A DNA stretch of 64,000 nucleotides from Dipteris shenzhenensis. Its lineage: Eukaryota. Shown here one piece after another: positions 24,000 to 36,950 of the stretch. The DNA lies in NCBI GenBank assembly GCA_047967505.1, contig CM106538.1. The stretch is one strand, 5' to 3'. Each line of letters opens with the position of its first letter. Within the stretch, counting starts at the first letter, position 1. A program made the translations under genes and the position numbers. Under the pieces are notes generated by a model that was given only the letters and a program-made list of their open reading frames with translations, ran no database searches and was not told the DNA's origin.

Positions 24000-24587
24000 C
24001 ACAACAAGACAAAGCACCCATAGATGCGCACACAGACGCGTTTACTGAACTAAATAAAAAACTTACGAGTGCATCTATTTGTGCGTATATTTTTGCATCT
24101 GGAGACCCGTGTCTAATAGCACGTCTATATAGCACACACACGCGTGTATAGATGCACATTTAGACACTTAAATAGATGCTCTTATAAACGTGTTTATAAA
24201 GGCAAAAATAGACACTTGCCGAACAAACAGATGCATATATAGACGCGTTTATAGATGCACTGATAGACGCGCTTTATAATATATTTTTTTAAATTTACAA
24301 AATGCTTGTTGTGTATGCTATATAGTTACAAGAATCCCATTTCCACATTGTGTAATTCAATTCTTACAGCCAACCGCATTTTAATTACAATTCCAAATAA
24401 AACATTACAACTTTAAAACGTAATAAAATTGAAAGCTTAAAAAGTGCTTGTATGTACATATAGCACGAAGCTAAGCCACGTCATGTGGCTTCAAGTACAA
24501 AAAATAAGAGGAGTGTATATACAAGAGGCACGAAGCCAAGCCAGTGGCTTTAAGTACAAAAAAGAGTAGCTAGCACTACTTCTACGA

Positions 24588-26051
24588 CTAATCCTCGCTG
24601 CCTTTCATGCTCCCTTCTGTGCTCCCTTCTGCGCTCCCTTCTGCGCCTCCTTCCTCTTCTTCTTCCTCGTCGTCTTGTGCACGGGCCTGTAAACAAGGGA
24701 CAACATATAACAATGTATGAAAAATCAAATCTTTACTTATAATATTGGCATTATTTAATTACTTTCAAATACCTCAGGGGCCGCTCCACTAGCCCGGATA
24801 TACTGCTCCTCAGTAATCAACCTGTCATCATAGAAGTGCCTCCATGTATCTCCTCTGTGATGGTGGCAGTGGTAGGCTATCTCGATAGGAGTAGGGTATC
24901 TGCCCACGATCTCAAGCTGCAAGACAACACAATTTGCGGAGGGATTAGTACAAAGAAACAACCTCCTAATAAACTACATAAGCAATATAATTTGAGATCG
25001 ATACTTACAAATTGGGCCTCCCATGATTGAACACCCCTTGCTCCAAAATGCGCGCTTCCATATCGCTCCATTTGGATCCTTCGTGCCTCCACGTGCTGTA
25101 GACTGGGGTCCTCCCTCGCTGACTTCATTGCTTTCTTCCACTCACACTTGTGAGCGTTGTGGGGCGGGCCCCTTGGTGGTTGACCTCCCTCGAGCCTGGC
25201 AAGCTCCGCTAGTGCCTGCCTCTTAAGCGAAGATCTTTTATTGCCAAGTATCGTAACAATCTTTGACTTGGCCCATTTATCTGTGAACTGGCGATTGGGG
25301 GGGTTAGGATACCTAGAGCGAACAGTAGCGAGGGTCTCATCAGCCAGCCTCTTTGGCTGATCTTTGAAGTGGATAAAGCAATCTCTATAATTATTAGCAA
25401 TTACAGAGTGCATGAAGGCCATGATGTCCTTCCCATGCGCATCCATCAAGATGTCTCCTGTCTGAGTGATGTCATAGGATATGGTACCATCACCCGGAGG
25501 CACGTCTAAATCATCTGAATCATCATCGTCCCCACCGCCACCCCTCCCAAAGCACTGTGCCATGCATCCCCCACCACTCTCCCTGGTACTATGCTTGCTA
25601 CCGTGTTGTGTCGAGCTCGTACACTGGCCACTCGTAGCTGGAACTGCACGAGACTACGCTGACCACTTATAGCTAGAGAACCGAGTCTTGACTGCATAGG
25701 AGTACGTCGACGGCTCTGCGAGACAGAAGGACCTCCTGACAGCATGGGGGAAGGGGCATAAGATGGCATGGCAGAAGGGGCATAAGATGGCATGGGGGAA
25801 GGGGCATAAGACGGCATGGGAGATGGGCCTCGGCTGTGTAGCTGGCTGGGCTGTGCTGACTCCGCTGGGGTGATCTCAGCTGGTGTGGGGTGGTATGGAG
25901 TCTGTAGTGCTAACTCTTGGGGGGTGTTTAGAGTACCCGTCATATACCTGCATAACTCCGCAGGACTAGGAGGGTATCCTAAAAGGTTATATAAGTCCCT
26001 AAAAATAGACTCCCGGGGATCAGGTGAGCTGGAAGCGCTTCCTGGCCACAT
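24588..26051 (-). pseudogene. Element C accessory gene (TnpA/Ptta-like), nearly intact
   Basis: ORFs 25506-26051 and 24877-25563 (one frameshift), SAHFGARG motif, GT-AG introns, SPMPSYAP repeats and acidic tail. An upstream exon lies near 26400-26550. Confidence 0.8.
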
Positions 26052-26861
26052 GATGAACTGGAAAAAAGAAAAAAAATATATTACTGATGAGTTGAGAAGA
26101 AAGGGGAAGGGAAGAGGGGATTACTGTCAGAGCGCGTCTATTTTTGCGTATAATAGCGCATCTATAGACGCGGCTGTCTGTGTTTGCAAACAGGCTAGAC
26201 GCACTTGTAAATGCGGTTTTAGACGTGCTCTGAGGTGCGCCTATAGACACGCTCCGACAGACGGACTTTTCTAAAAAGTAGAAAAGGACATGCGCCCGAC
26301 ATACCAACGTAACACTGATACCCAAATCATGCGTTTTTTAGATACGAGAAAATACAAATCCAAAGAGAGTAAACTTCCAAAAAAGATCAACTGCAAAAAG
26401 ACTTACCTTGGATAGAGGTATGGAAGGTTCTTCTCCTTTTTCAAAGTTGCTTCTCCTCCTTGTTCGCCCTCCTCTCCTTTAAGCTTGGAAGTAAGTGTGG
26501 GTGCCTTCCTCTTAAGCATCAAAACTATGGATCTGCTAATAACGAAGCAAGCAAGCCACGTGCAGTATAAGTAATGTGAAGAAAAGCGAAGCGAGCACGC
26601 CAAAAGCAGGTTTAAAAGCCGTGTCTATAATCGCATCTAATAGCACATCTATGGGCGCATCTAAATACACAGGGTAGACGCAGTTTTAGATGCGCTTTTA
26701 GATGCGCACCACATAACAAATAGATGCGGTTTTAGATGCGCTTTTAGATGCAAACCACAGAACAAACAGACGTGCTTTTAGATGCACCTATAGACATGCC
26801 ACAGAGTTTAAAATTAAATTTTTGAAGAAGAGCAAATTTTTTTGGGTTGTTTGTTTGTAGG

Positions 26862-29800
26862 ATGTCTTCATCTTCAACAAGTAGCTCCAGTGAGGATGAA
26901 TCCCTCCGTATCCACCATTGCGAAATGTGGTTGGAGCAAAAAATCAAATGTATGTGTGATTGATGTCGAGGAAACCTGTATCGTGCACGCAGGATTACAC
27001 TCAATCACATCTCAAAGTATGGAGAATGGGATGTGATCGTAAACATGGTAAGGGTTTGTAAGTTAAGGTTGATTGAGATACCTATGGGTGTTCATATGTT
27101 TGAGTTATGATCCCGTTTTAATTTGATATAGGATGCAATGCCACACCTGCATATGTTGCCCTATGCTCGCCGTGAGGAGGCGAAGCATCGGCGATATGAG
27201 GTGGGATCTTCAGGAGGGACTGTTAGGATGCATGGAGTGATGGTGATAGTAGCCCTCCACCATTACCTCATGAAGCCATGGAGGAGGAGGTGTTTGATGA
27301 TATGGTGTGGGATTTATATGTCCATCAAGGGAGGGATGATAGCATGGAGCAGGATGATCTTTTTACTGCAGCATCGACTCCACTGTTTGAGGGGTGCACA
27401 TTCTCTATTCTACGTGCCTCCCTTCCTTGAGTTACTAAACTTGCAAACCATCTATGGATGGAGCAATGCAAGTTTGAATGCATCACTCAAGTAAGCTTTA
27501 AAGTCTATTTTGCAAACATGGTGAATTATGCTAGTGGGTCAATTACTCGAATGCTTTTCCTCATTTATGGTCTTCACGTGTAGGCTATTGTGTAAAATGC
27601 TTCCAAGGGAGAATAAATTACCGACCTCAAGAGATATGTGAGCAGGCCTTCCTCGTCACGAGACTTCAACTAGAAAGAAGTCTTGATGTGGACGATGCAT
27701 GACTTCCCAGGCTATGGCGAGTGTTCAGGTAAGCATTGCACTTCTAATTATGAATAGGCAAAGGATGTGGCACCCTAAACCCACCAACTCTTAATTGCAT
27801 CTATTGTTCAGGTCTCACTACATCGGGTTACCATGCATGTCCTATTTGTGGTCCTTCGCTAGTTGCCTCATGGGTAGACGCATTGAATAAGGTCATCTAT
27901 GAGAATCACCATCGATTTCTCCCACCTGATCATCCTAGATATGTTGCCCCTTGGAATGAAGTCCTCCCACAATCACTCACCGTAGGAGATTGGATGAGAA
28001 TTTGGGACGGTTCCATGACTCCTCCACCACTTGGCATGAGCCGGTAAGGGTTTGTAACTATTGTGTGCTATATTGGCTGGAAATAAAGATTTCCCGCTAA
28101 CACCAACTTTTGTTTGAATACTCCATCTTTTATAGTTTACCATATTGGTCCCACCTCAAGATCAATCACCTGCTTGATCCCATGCATATCTTCAAGAATG
28201 TGGCATCTACCATTTGGGAGCATTTGAATGGGACACAAGATTCTATAGGCATAAGGGAGAAACTATGTACCACAGGGAGGATGCGTGAAGCTTGGCCACA
28301 AGAGAGACCAAATGGGCGTGTTTTTTTACCTCGTGCACCGTGGATGTTATCAAAGCTAGAGATGGCGACAGTGAAGCGCGCTATTACTACAATTCGTACT
28401 CCCACTGGATGCATGAGGTGTTTGAAGGGAGCCTTTACAAAGAGCAAGAAAAGAGGTGTAGAGCAATTATATGGCTTGAAATCTCATGATTGGCACAAGA
28501 TGCTCCAAGTAAGTATTTTATGTGCATAATATCTTTTTCCTTTCAAATTTGTGAGTGAATAATTATAAGCAACTAATCAACCACCTCCTCGTGGGTTTAG
28601 TTCATACTACCTACTAGCATTTCACGTAGTGCATCGAAGGACGTGAAAGATTGTATTTACAAGATGGGCGAGCTTGTGAGGTACTTTACATGATACAAAA
28701 TATGATGCGTATCAATGCTCCATGCAAGTTTGAATGCATATTGCTAATATGCTATACTTTTTCATTTCTAGGTATGTGAGCTCAAAGGAAATAGATCCCA
28801 CCATGCTTGAGAATGCTCGAGTTATGTTAGTGGAGGTGGTTTGTTTAGTGGAGGAGACATTTCCACGTTCTATTCTCACAAGCCAACTACATCTTATAGT
28901 GCATTTGGTGGATGAGATTGCTATATGTGGTACTACACATGCATGATGGTTGTTCTTCCTCGAGCACTTCATGAAGACCTTGAAGGGCTTTGTGAGACAA
29001 AATGCAAGACCCGAAGGTAGCATGGCCGAGGGTTGGTTGGTACAAGAGTCACTTGTATATATTTCTGAGTTTCTTGTTGATGTGGATAGCTCTCTCCCAC
29101 GACTATGGAGAGATGATGGAGACCTAAGGATGACCTCTATTGTGCCTCAAGGGAAAGGATGCAACAAAGTAATAGACACGGAGTTGCATAATAGTATCAA
29201 CCTCTTTTGCGTGCTTAATAGTGATGTGATGAAAAGATGGGTGACAAGATACGAGGATGCAAAGGCCAGAAGACAAAAAGAAAGGGCCCTCTTTCGTACA
29301 CACCACGGATCTTGTGTGCCATACCCTCAGTGTCTAAGAGCACTTCTAAAGGATATTCATGTGGATTGGCTACTTGATGAAATGGAGAAAGCTAAGAAAG
29401 ATGAGGGGATGCATATCACAATGGAAGAATGGGAGTATGCTAGGGGATGCATGAGCAAGGTCGGTATATAGAATGTTATGCATAAGTTAGGAGCTTTCAA
29501 TAATTTAGATTGCTTATTTAATTGATTTTTTCTTGGTGTCGTGCACTATGTTCAATGCTATATGGTGTGAGGGCAAGCATTTTCGAACACAACAGATTGA
29601 TGATAAGAGAAACACACAAGATTGCGGCATCATTGCTAGCTTTGAGGGAGCCAATGGAGCCATGGATGATTATTGTGGCATAATCCAAGATATTATTAAG
29701 CTTGACTTTCGATGCTTCTTTGTGTATGTTTTGGATGTAAAGTGGTTTAAGGACGTGGTGGAAAGAGGCCCTAATGCAACAATCAAACGCCATGCAAGTG

Positions 29801-30320
29801 GCTTTGTAACTATTGACTCCACAAAGTTTTGGCAAAGTAGGAAGGACACACTAGTACTACCGCAACAATGTGAACAGGTACTGTGCACACATATAAAAAT
29901 ACTCGCTTTTAAATATTTGATGCAAGAAAAATAACATGATTGTATTTGTGTTTGAATTAGGTTGTCTATCAACCAATGGTGGATAATAATAGATGGTGGC
30001 ATGTCATACCTATTATGCCATGTTCCAAAGTGATGTATAGTACATTTACTAATATGGAGCGTATGGAGGATGATCATGGCCATGGACGTGATGATGACCA
30101 TGATACGAGAGAGGAGGATGATCATGAGATAGGAGATACAGATATTGAGGCCATTACCTGTGAGGACGAGCCTACCATTGGTGATGCTGACTTCGATGAG
30201 CACATGAGTAGCACAAGTAGTAGTGGGTTGAATGTATTTGTAGATCTAAACACTTGTTTGGATTTTGAAGTAGATATTTTGGCAAGGGTTGATCTCATTG
30301 AGGATGAGATTGAACCGTAG
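26862..30320 (+). pseudogene. Element C transposase (TnpD/Tnp2), multi-exon, central part deleted near 27640
   Basis: Motifs LNLQTIYGWSNAS, WTMHDFPGYG, GYHACPICG, LPYWSHLKINHLLDPMHIFKNV, GLKSHDWHKMLQ, ARPEGSMAEGW and DYCGIIQDIIKLDF. Confidence 0.93.
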
Positions 30321-30884
30321 ACCATCATTGATATTGGCAAAACTATTTTACATATTGTCTCATTCTCCTCACCTCACTTAATTCTTGTATATGTGGGCTT
30401 GCAAAAAAGCATTGATGTTTTTGTTAAAATTATGTGCTTTGGTAATCATGGGCAATGTTTGGAAAGCAATGATGCACACCAAAATCTCACTTTATGTATT
30501 CTTTGGTTTGCGTCTATATATGCGTCTAAATATGCATTTGATTCCCAGTGTAAACGCACAAATAAACACACTAATACACGTGCAAATAGACGCGCTGATA
30601 AACGCCATGTTAGACGGGCCAATATTTTCTCAGTTTAGATGCGCAAATAGACATGTTAATACATGCACAAATAGACGCGCTGATAAACGCAATGTTAGAC
30701 GGGCCCATATTTTCTCAGTTTAAACGTGCAAATACACGCGCTATTCAGACGCGCAAATAGACGAGTTGTTAGATGCGCTTTTAGATGTGCCTGTAATTCC
30801 TCTACTCAAGCAACGCCTATAGACGTGCCTGCTATTTTGCGGGTCTACCAAGCGCGTCTATAGTTGCTTTGTGTTGTTGTGAAA

Positions 30885-32327
30885 GAGCAAGACCAGAAGC
30901 AAGCATGGCAGAGGGATGGCTTGTGCAAGAGTCATTAGTATATATCACGGAGTTTCTTGCATCCACGGATCCTGATATGCGGCAAGCTTGGCATAACAAG
31001 GATGATGATCGCATCGTTGGCGAGGTTCCCCAAGGAAAAGGGATTGAAAGAAAGATGAGCGAAGAGCAAATGGAGAAATTCAATAAGTTTTGTATCCTCA
31101 ATAGCCCTGAGATGCAAAAGTGGATTGAGAGATATGAAGTGGACAAAGCAGAAAGAATAAATGCAAAAAAGAGATTCACAGTAATGTACAGGCGATTGCA
31201 ACCATATCCATGGGATCTGGCTCTTCTCCCCACTCACATGTCACTTGATTGGCTACAACTGGCTCTACGTAAAGCCGAACGCGATGGAGAGACAATAAAC
31301 AAGCACGAGCGAGAGTTATCATCTGGATGTATGGTGCATGTAAGTTTCTTACCTTGACGTAATTAAGTATTTATTTGTGGCAATATACGCTATAAAATAG
31401 ATGCATCTTCATTGTTTTAATGATGCTCTTTTATAGTACAAAAAGTACAGTGCATTATGGTCATATGGATGACATTTTTGTGTGGAATGCATCGATTCAA
31501 AGAGACTCACGTATGATTGTGGAGTCATGGCTAACTTCAAACAAGATAGCCAAGCAAGTGCTTCAGATACCAATCTTCTCTCCTCATAGTTGGATTATTG
31601 TGGAACCATATGCGAAATCTATGAAGTTGATTTCAGACGATTTAGTATTTTCATTCTTGATGTAAAATGGTTTAGAACTATTTACAACAGTCCCCATGCA
31701 ACAGTGAGAAAAGATAGTAGCGGTTTCTTTGCAATAGACTCCACCAACATCGGACCGATGAAAGTGATACTTTTGTTCTTCCCAAGCACTATGAGCAGGT
31801 GCATACTAATGATTTAATTAATCAAAGCTTTCGTTTTTAAAGATCCATTGATGCATGTACTTGAGCATAATTTCATATATATAATTGACAACATCTGGCA
31901 CCCATCTTCAATATAGGTGGTTTTTCATCCGGATCGTTCTGATCCAAGATGGTGGTACATGATCCAAGTTGCACCATGAAGTAAGCAAATTTTTGAAGAT
32001 AGAGATGTGGATATGGAGATGCCACTACTAATGCCAGATCCAATTGATCCTGATGAATTTAGCCAAGAAGATGAAGATCACAATATGAGCCAAGAGGAAG
32101 ATGCCCATAATGACATCACACGGGAGGAAGATGGAGATCACGATATTGAGGAAGAAGACAACGATCATCAAGAATTACCACACTTTATTGAAGAAGATGA
32201 TCAAGTACTTTTAGGTGAACGTACGATGCTAGAGTACGATGACGATATAGGAGATCAACTCAGTATAGAGTTGGAGATAGACTTGTTTGGCACCTTAGAC
32301 TTGGCTCAAGATGAACAGTTGATGTAA
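30885..32327 (+). pseudogene. CACTA A transposase 3' part (after insertion C)
   Basis: Motifs ARPEASMAEGWLVQESLVYITEFL and DYCGTICEIYEVDF, then an acidic tail ending at 32327. Confidence 0.92.
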
Positions 32328-32727
32328 ATGCTCTTCATTGATTTTTTTCATCTCAAACTTGGACATGAATATATGAGCTTCAAAGGCTTGATGTACATGC
32401 TCTCATATATTTATTCTCTATGAGATCAAACATGTATGAAAATTTTAAAAAAAATTATCATTGGAAAAAACTAACTTTTATGGCCTATATGAGTAAAAAA
32501 CCTCTCTGAAAAATGTCGCTATAAAATAGTATTTTTGTGTGGCTATATAGTGACACTTAAAAGTCGCTATATAGAGACCTTTGTAATAGTTGCTATATAG
32601 TGGCATTTACCTAAAGTTGCTATATAGCGATGCTTTACAGGATGCCCTTTTCATACCGATGATTAGCACCCCATGTGTGTTAAACGTCGGTATGTAAACA
32701 TCACAATAGGATCCGCGTGTAGTAGTG

Positions 32728-33320
32728 TTTCTATAGATGCCATAGCTCTCTTGCAATGTGGGTTTTGAACCAGGCTTAGTGGGTAACTGGTGCGACAAAT
32801 GGCCTTGAAAGCATCTTGTTGTGCTGTCTGTATATGTTGTTTTCTAAATGACTCTTCCAAAAATCTTTGATGTGAATACACACGCGATTGCGAACGAGAA
32901 ATGTCACTACATTGTCCACTATCCATATACTTCATACAACAGCTTGCCATCTGTGTGAATGAGGCCACACCACTACTTTGAGGTGGCACGTTTACAGATT
33001 GACTAGCTGGAGGTGTGAGTAAATCATCAGGCATACGTTCTTGAGGCTGGGATTGGTGAGGTAAGACTATATCATCAACCTAGTGGTCCATACTTTTAGG
33101 CATTTGGCTGCCTAGAGTGGTTATAACTCTCTCAACTCTTAGCCTTTTGCATTTTCCAACTATTTGTTGCTATTACCCAAGAAACTCTTTTGCATTCTTA
33201 TGCTATAGCCTGATTACTCTTCATGACAAAAGTTGCATTTCCACTTCTTGTTAGGCAACATCGTAACGTAATTGTGAGCCTTTGTTGGATTTCTTCCTCT
33301 TTTTTCTAGAGCCATGCTTC
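32728..33320 (-). pseudogene. hAT F transposase N-terminal part
   Basis: QQDAFKAICRTSYPLSLVQNPHCKRAMASIE joins in frame to KAGPGF at 15772. The upstream CNFCH...H region is a possible BED-finger remnant. Confidence 0.75.
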
Positions 33321-36300
33321 CAATAAATGTTGTAAGAGAAACATACAAAAACTTATATAAGTTCTACATATATTCACATTAGTAATCATGTTCTGGATAC
33401 TACCATATCATTTAGGATCTAGGACACATCACATTATCTTGAATCATTTGCAGTTCTACGTCCAAAATCAATGTGGCTATTTGCAACACTGACTTAGAAT
33501 ACTCCATGCAAGCTTGCTAGACCTCGAGAGAGAGAAATCATCCAATTGTCTTGTCCCCTAATGAAATAATTGGATGATTGTGAATGTGGTAATCTACCTC
33601 TTGAAATAGGCGTGGGATGGCAAATTGCATTTTCCCATGTTCTTCTCTCTCTCGAGTAAGCATCTATTTGCACCATGATCATCCGCAACATCATGCAAAG
33701 CTACAAATTAAAAAGTATGTAATATATTCATAGCTAATTTGTTTCACCTAATAATCTATAAAACACAAGGATAGTGAACCTATGTATACCAATATATTTC
33801 CACATATACGCAACATAATTTTGTGAGTTGCTATGAGTCAGCAATTGCAAGCTCCACAACTAGGTAGACTTTGAGTGAGATGCAAAACTCACAACCCGCT
33901 CAAAGTCAAATATTTCCTCATCAATCTTAAGTACTAGTTTGTAGAGTTTCAGTAATATAAAGTATGAATTTTTTCCACATGCGAGATGTTCCAAGTCAGC
34001 CTAAGTGAACCTCCATCCGGCATGTGGTATAATATTATTCATCAATGAACGAGTTGTTACAAGTCAGCTTAAGCGAACCTCCAACTGGCCCATTGATGTT
34101 TTCTTTAGGTATAGTTACAAGCTATAGTTGCATGCTTATAAATAAATACATATGTTAAAAGTAAGAAAATCATACACACAAACATAAACTATTCCAAAAG
34201 TAAATCATTTCATGCACTAATGTCTACTCTACCATTTTCTTAAATTTTGCTAGTATTTATCTACTTTATTTGATGCATCTAGAATGAAATCTTAAGTTAT
34301 GAAACTAAACTAAAATTCCAAGCCATGCAACTACCTAGTCCTAAGTGACAAGTCATTCCAAAGAGTTTACAATCTATGCAAGTAACAACTTATATAATTC
34401 ATGCATAAAATCAAAATCATCCTTTTTTTCAAAGCTAAGTACAATGTCACATGCAACTAACTTACTCTTCACCTAATAGTATGTATAATGTAAATGCTAA
34501 TTTTCCAGTTAATATCTAAGTGCGAGTGGATTCTGACCAGCAAAAGCGAGCCCACCACTAGCACTAGATACTTTTTTAAACATAGAAGGACTAACAAAAC
34601 TTACAAATTTCTTTTTAGCTTTGTTTATCCTCTTTCTTATGCTTCTTGTCTTTCCCAAGACTCCATAGTATTCTAGGAATCTTAGATTTTGTGATAGTAC
34701 AATTGCAGTGTAGGTATATATAACATTAACAACACCAGCCAGTGTCGATCTTGTTACTTATACCAGTCGGTAAAGAGAAAAACGGGTTGGTGAAGAGAAA
34801 AACCGGTCGGTACTATCAATTATCAGTCGGTGTTGTGTCAAGATATCAGCCGTTATATAGGTATACCAGCCGGGAACTAGAACGAGCCGGGTCTTGGATA
34901 AAATTGCTACTGGGGCATTTTACAATGCCCAAGAGCAATTTTAAAAATGTTTTAAACATTTTAATACATTGTTTTAAAACCAACGTTTTAATACCGCCGC
35001 AAGTCCCTGTCTACACTCTTGTATCCTACCTTATAGAGTACTACTAGTATATAATATTACATTTATATCCACATGTGAGATGTTATAGTCAGCGTATACG
35101 AACCCCCAACTTGCATAAGGACTAATATTTTTCATCAACGAGCGAGTTGTTGCAAGTCGTCTTATGCGAACCTCCACCCGGCCCATTACCTTTTTCTTAA
35201 ATAAAGTTATAGCTATATATTAATAAATAAATGAATGTGCTAAAAAAGACTCGCAAACTATTTCATGCAAGGGTGGTAGCAAGCTAAGGGTGTCCACTTT
35301 TTGTTCACTCCCCAATCCTAAGGAGGTGGAAAAACAAGCTTTTTAGCACACAAAAATGCAAATCTCACCTACTTCCCTATGGATCTAGTCTTTGAAGTCT
35401 TCTGACACAACATCACACTTGCTATTGTGCACACAATCGTATAGTTTGATCGAAAATTCGATGCACACACAAAAAATTTCTTTGTGTCACACGGCATGGT
35501 TCCAGGGTGGTCACACGTTTGTCACGAACAAAGAGTGTCATATTAAATTCTAAATTTCTCACTCATTTTAGATTAAATGTTATTGAAACTTTGTAAGTGG
35601 TCTCTTTGCATTATGTAGAGCTTAACTTGATTTATTGGTAATTTTTTGAATGATTTATCTAATTATAAATAATTATTTATAATAAATAAAGTCATAAAAT
35701 ACATGCATTTTAGTAGCACACCACATTTTTCTAGTATTTTGAATAATTAAGCAAATCCAATTCGGTGGAAGGTTAGTAGGCACATAAGGGTGTGTAGTTG
35801 AATCATCAAATCCCAAATCCAACGGTTAGATTTAGGAAGATTGAAGTTTAATTTTTACTTTTACTCCTTAGAGGATCAACAAAGAATATTAAAAATAAAT
35901 CTAGTAATTCTCAAACATAACCAAACATTTCAAAAATGTCAATATTTTTAGTCCTCTGCATGATGAATAAGAGGAAAAAATTTTGGTTAAATTTGAGTAA
36001 GGGAAACGTACGATATGGCCTCCAACAGTTAAATCTCCCTTTTGTGGGGGAAAAAGGGCCACCCAAGCCTAATACCAAGACAAGGTAGGCTTGGTATTAC
36101 GCTTGGTGAGGTAGGCTAGGAGCATCACCGATCCTAGTGGCAAGCCTTTGGAGCTTGCATGCTGCCCATGTGGAAGGCTGAGTCATCAAAACCATGCCAC
36201 GTTGTTAGACCACGTGGTGCCATCTCATCAAGCAGATGTGACATCATTCCTTGCCATGTCACCTTACATTGCCACACGTGCTGCCACATGTGCCACCTCA

Positions 36301-36571
36301 TCATTCCACATCATCAGCCATGTGATCACACAATGCCACCTTGGCATACCTCCTCAACCTTGCCACGTCACCAATCCCTCCACCTCAATTTGCCATGTCA
36401 ATCTACCACCTCATGAATGCCAAATCATCATGCCACATCACCTTTCAATGTCATCGAAGAGGCCCAGTACCACATCATGACCATGTAAGAAGAGACTATA
36501 TTACCACATCATGACCATGCATGGTGCCACATCAGCCAAATGTATACACATGATGATGTGCGAGGCATACA

Positions 36572-36727
36572 ATACCTCGATCGAGGTATATAACCTGGGT
36601 GAGGCATACAATACCTCGTTCGAGGTATGTGACCGAGGACACCTAGAGATACCTCGATCGAGGTTCATACATACATGCGCAATGCACTGAATACCTCGAT
36701 CGAGGTATGAGGTCTGATCAAGGTATA
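36572..36727. repeat. Cluster of the 18-bp palindrome ATACCTCGATCGAGGTAT upstream of the transposase TATA box
   Basis: About five copies. An equivalent cluster lies at ~46100-46290 in the inner element. Confidence 0.9.
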
Positions 36728-36950
36728 TGATCGGGGCTCTGGGCATAGCAGACCTCTCCACCAAAACTAAGCCAATTAGTATCAATCTTAGCACCTCTCC
36801 ACCAATAATAATGAAGAGCAATCTAAGAGCAATCTAGTGGATGAGTTGAGGCTCTCTATAAGACACCACGTTTTGGTTCATTTCACCCATTCTTAGCCAT
36901 TCTTGCCTCCTCATCACTTTGTCACACCTTCCATCCTACTTTCATTAAGA

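Larger units (their letters stand above)
24000..30881. mobile_element. CACTA-superfamily element C with CACAA...TTGTG termini, 6882 bp
   Basis: TSD AAA (23997-23999, 30882-30884). Excision restores GFVRQ-RARPEAS. Imperfect ~30-bp TIRs CACAACAASACAAAGCAMCYATAGAYGCGC and TAGACGCG/TAGATGCG subterminal repeats. Confidence 0.95.
15773..32727. mobile_element. CACTA (En/Spm) element A, rearranged
   Basis: Left end TACTACAAG (15773), right end GTAGTAGTG (32727), TSD TTT. Excision restores the hAT frame AMASIE-KAGPGF. GTCGCTATATAGCGAC subterminal palindromes occur at both ends. Confidence 0.9.
13138..35009 (-). mobile_element. hAT element F (nested in G; hosts CACTA A)
   Basis: The 8-bp TSD TCTACACT is at 13130-13137 and 35010-35017, and removing the insert restores gap-free colinearity of G with 33903-33950. 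The right TIR is 5'-CAGGGACTT and the left is CTAGGATTT (imperfect). ACCGGTCGGT motifs lie near both ends. The left 1.5 kb could alternatively be an LTR. Confidence 0.7.
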
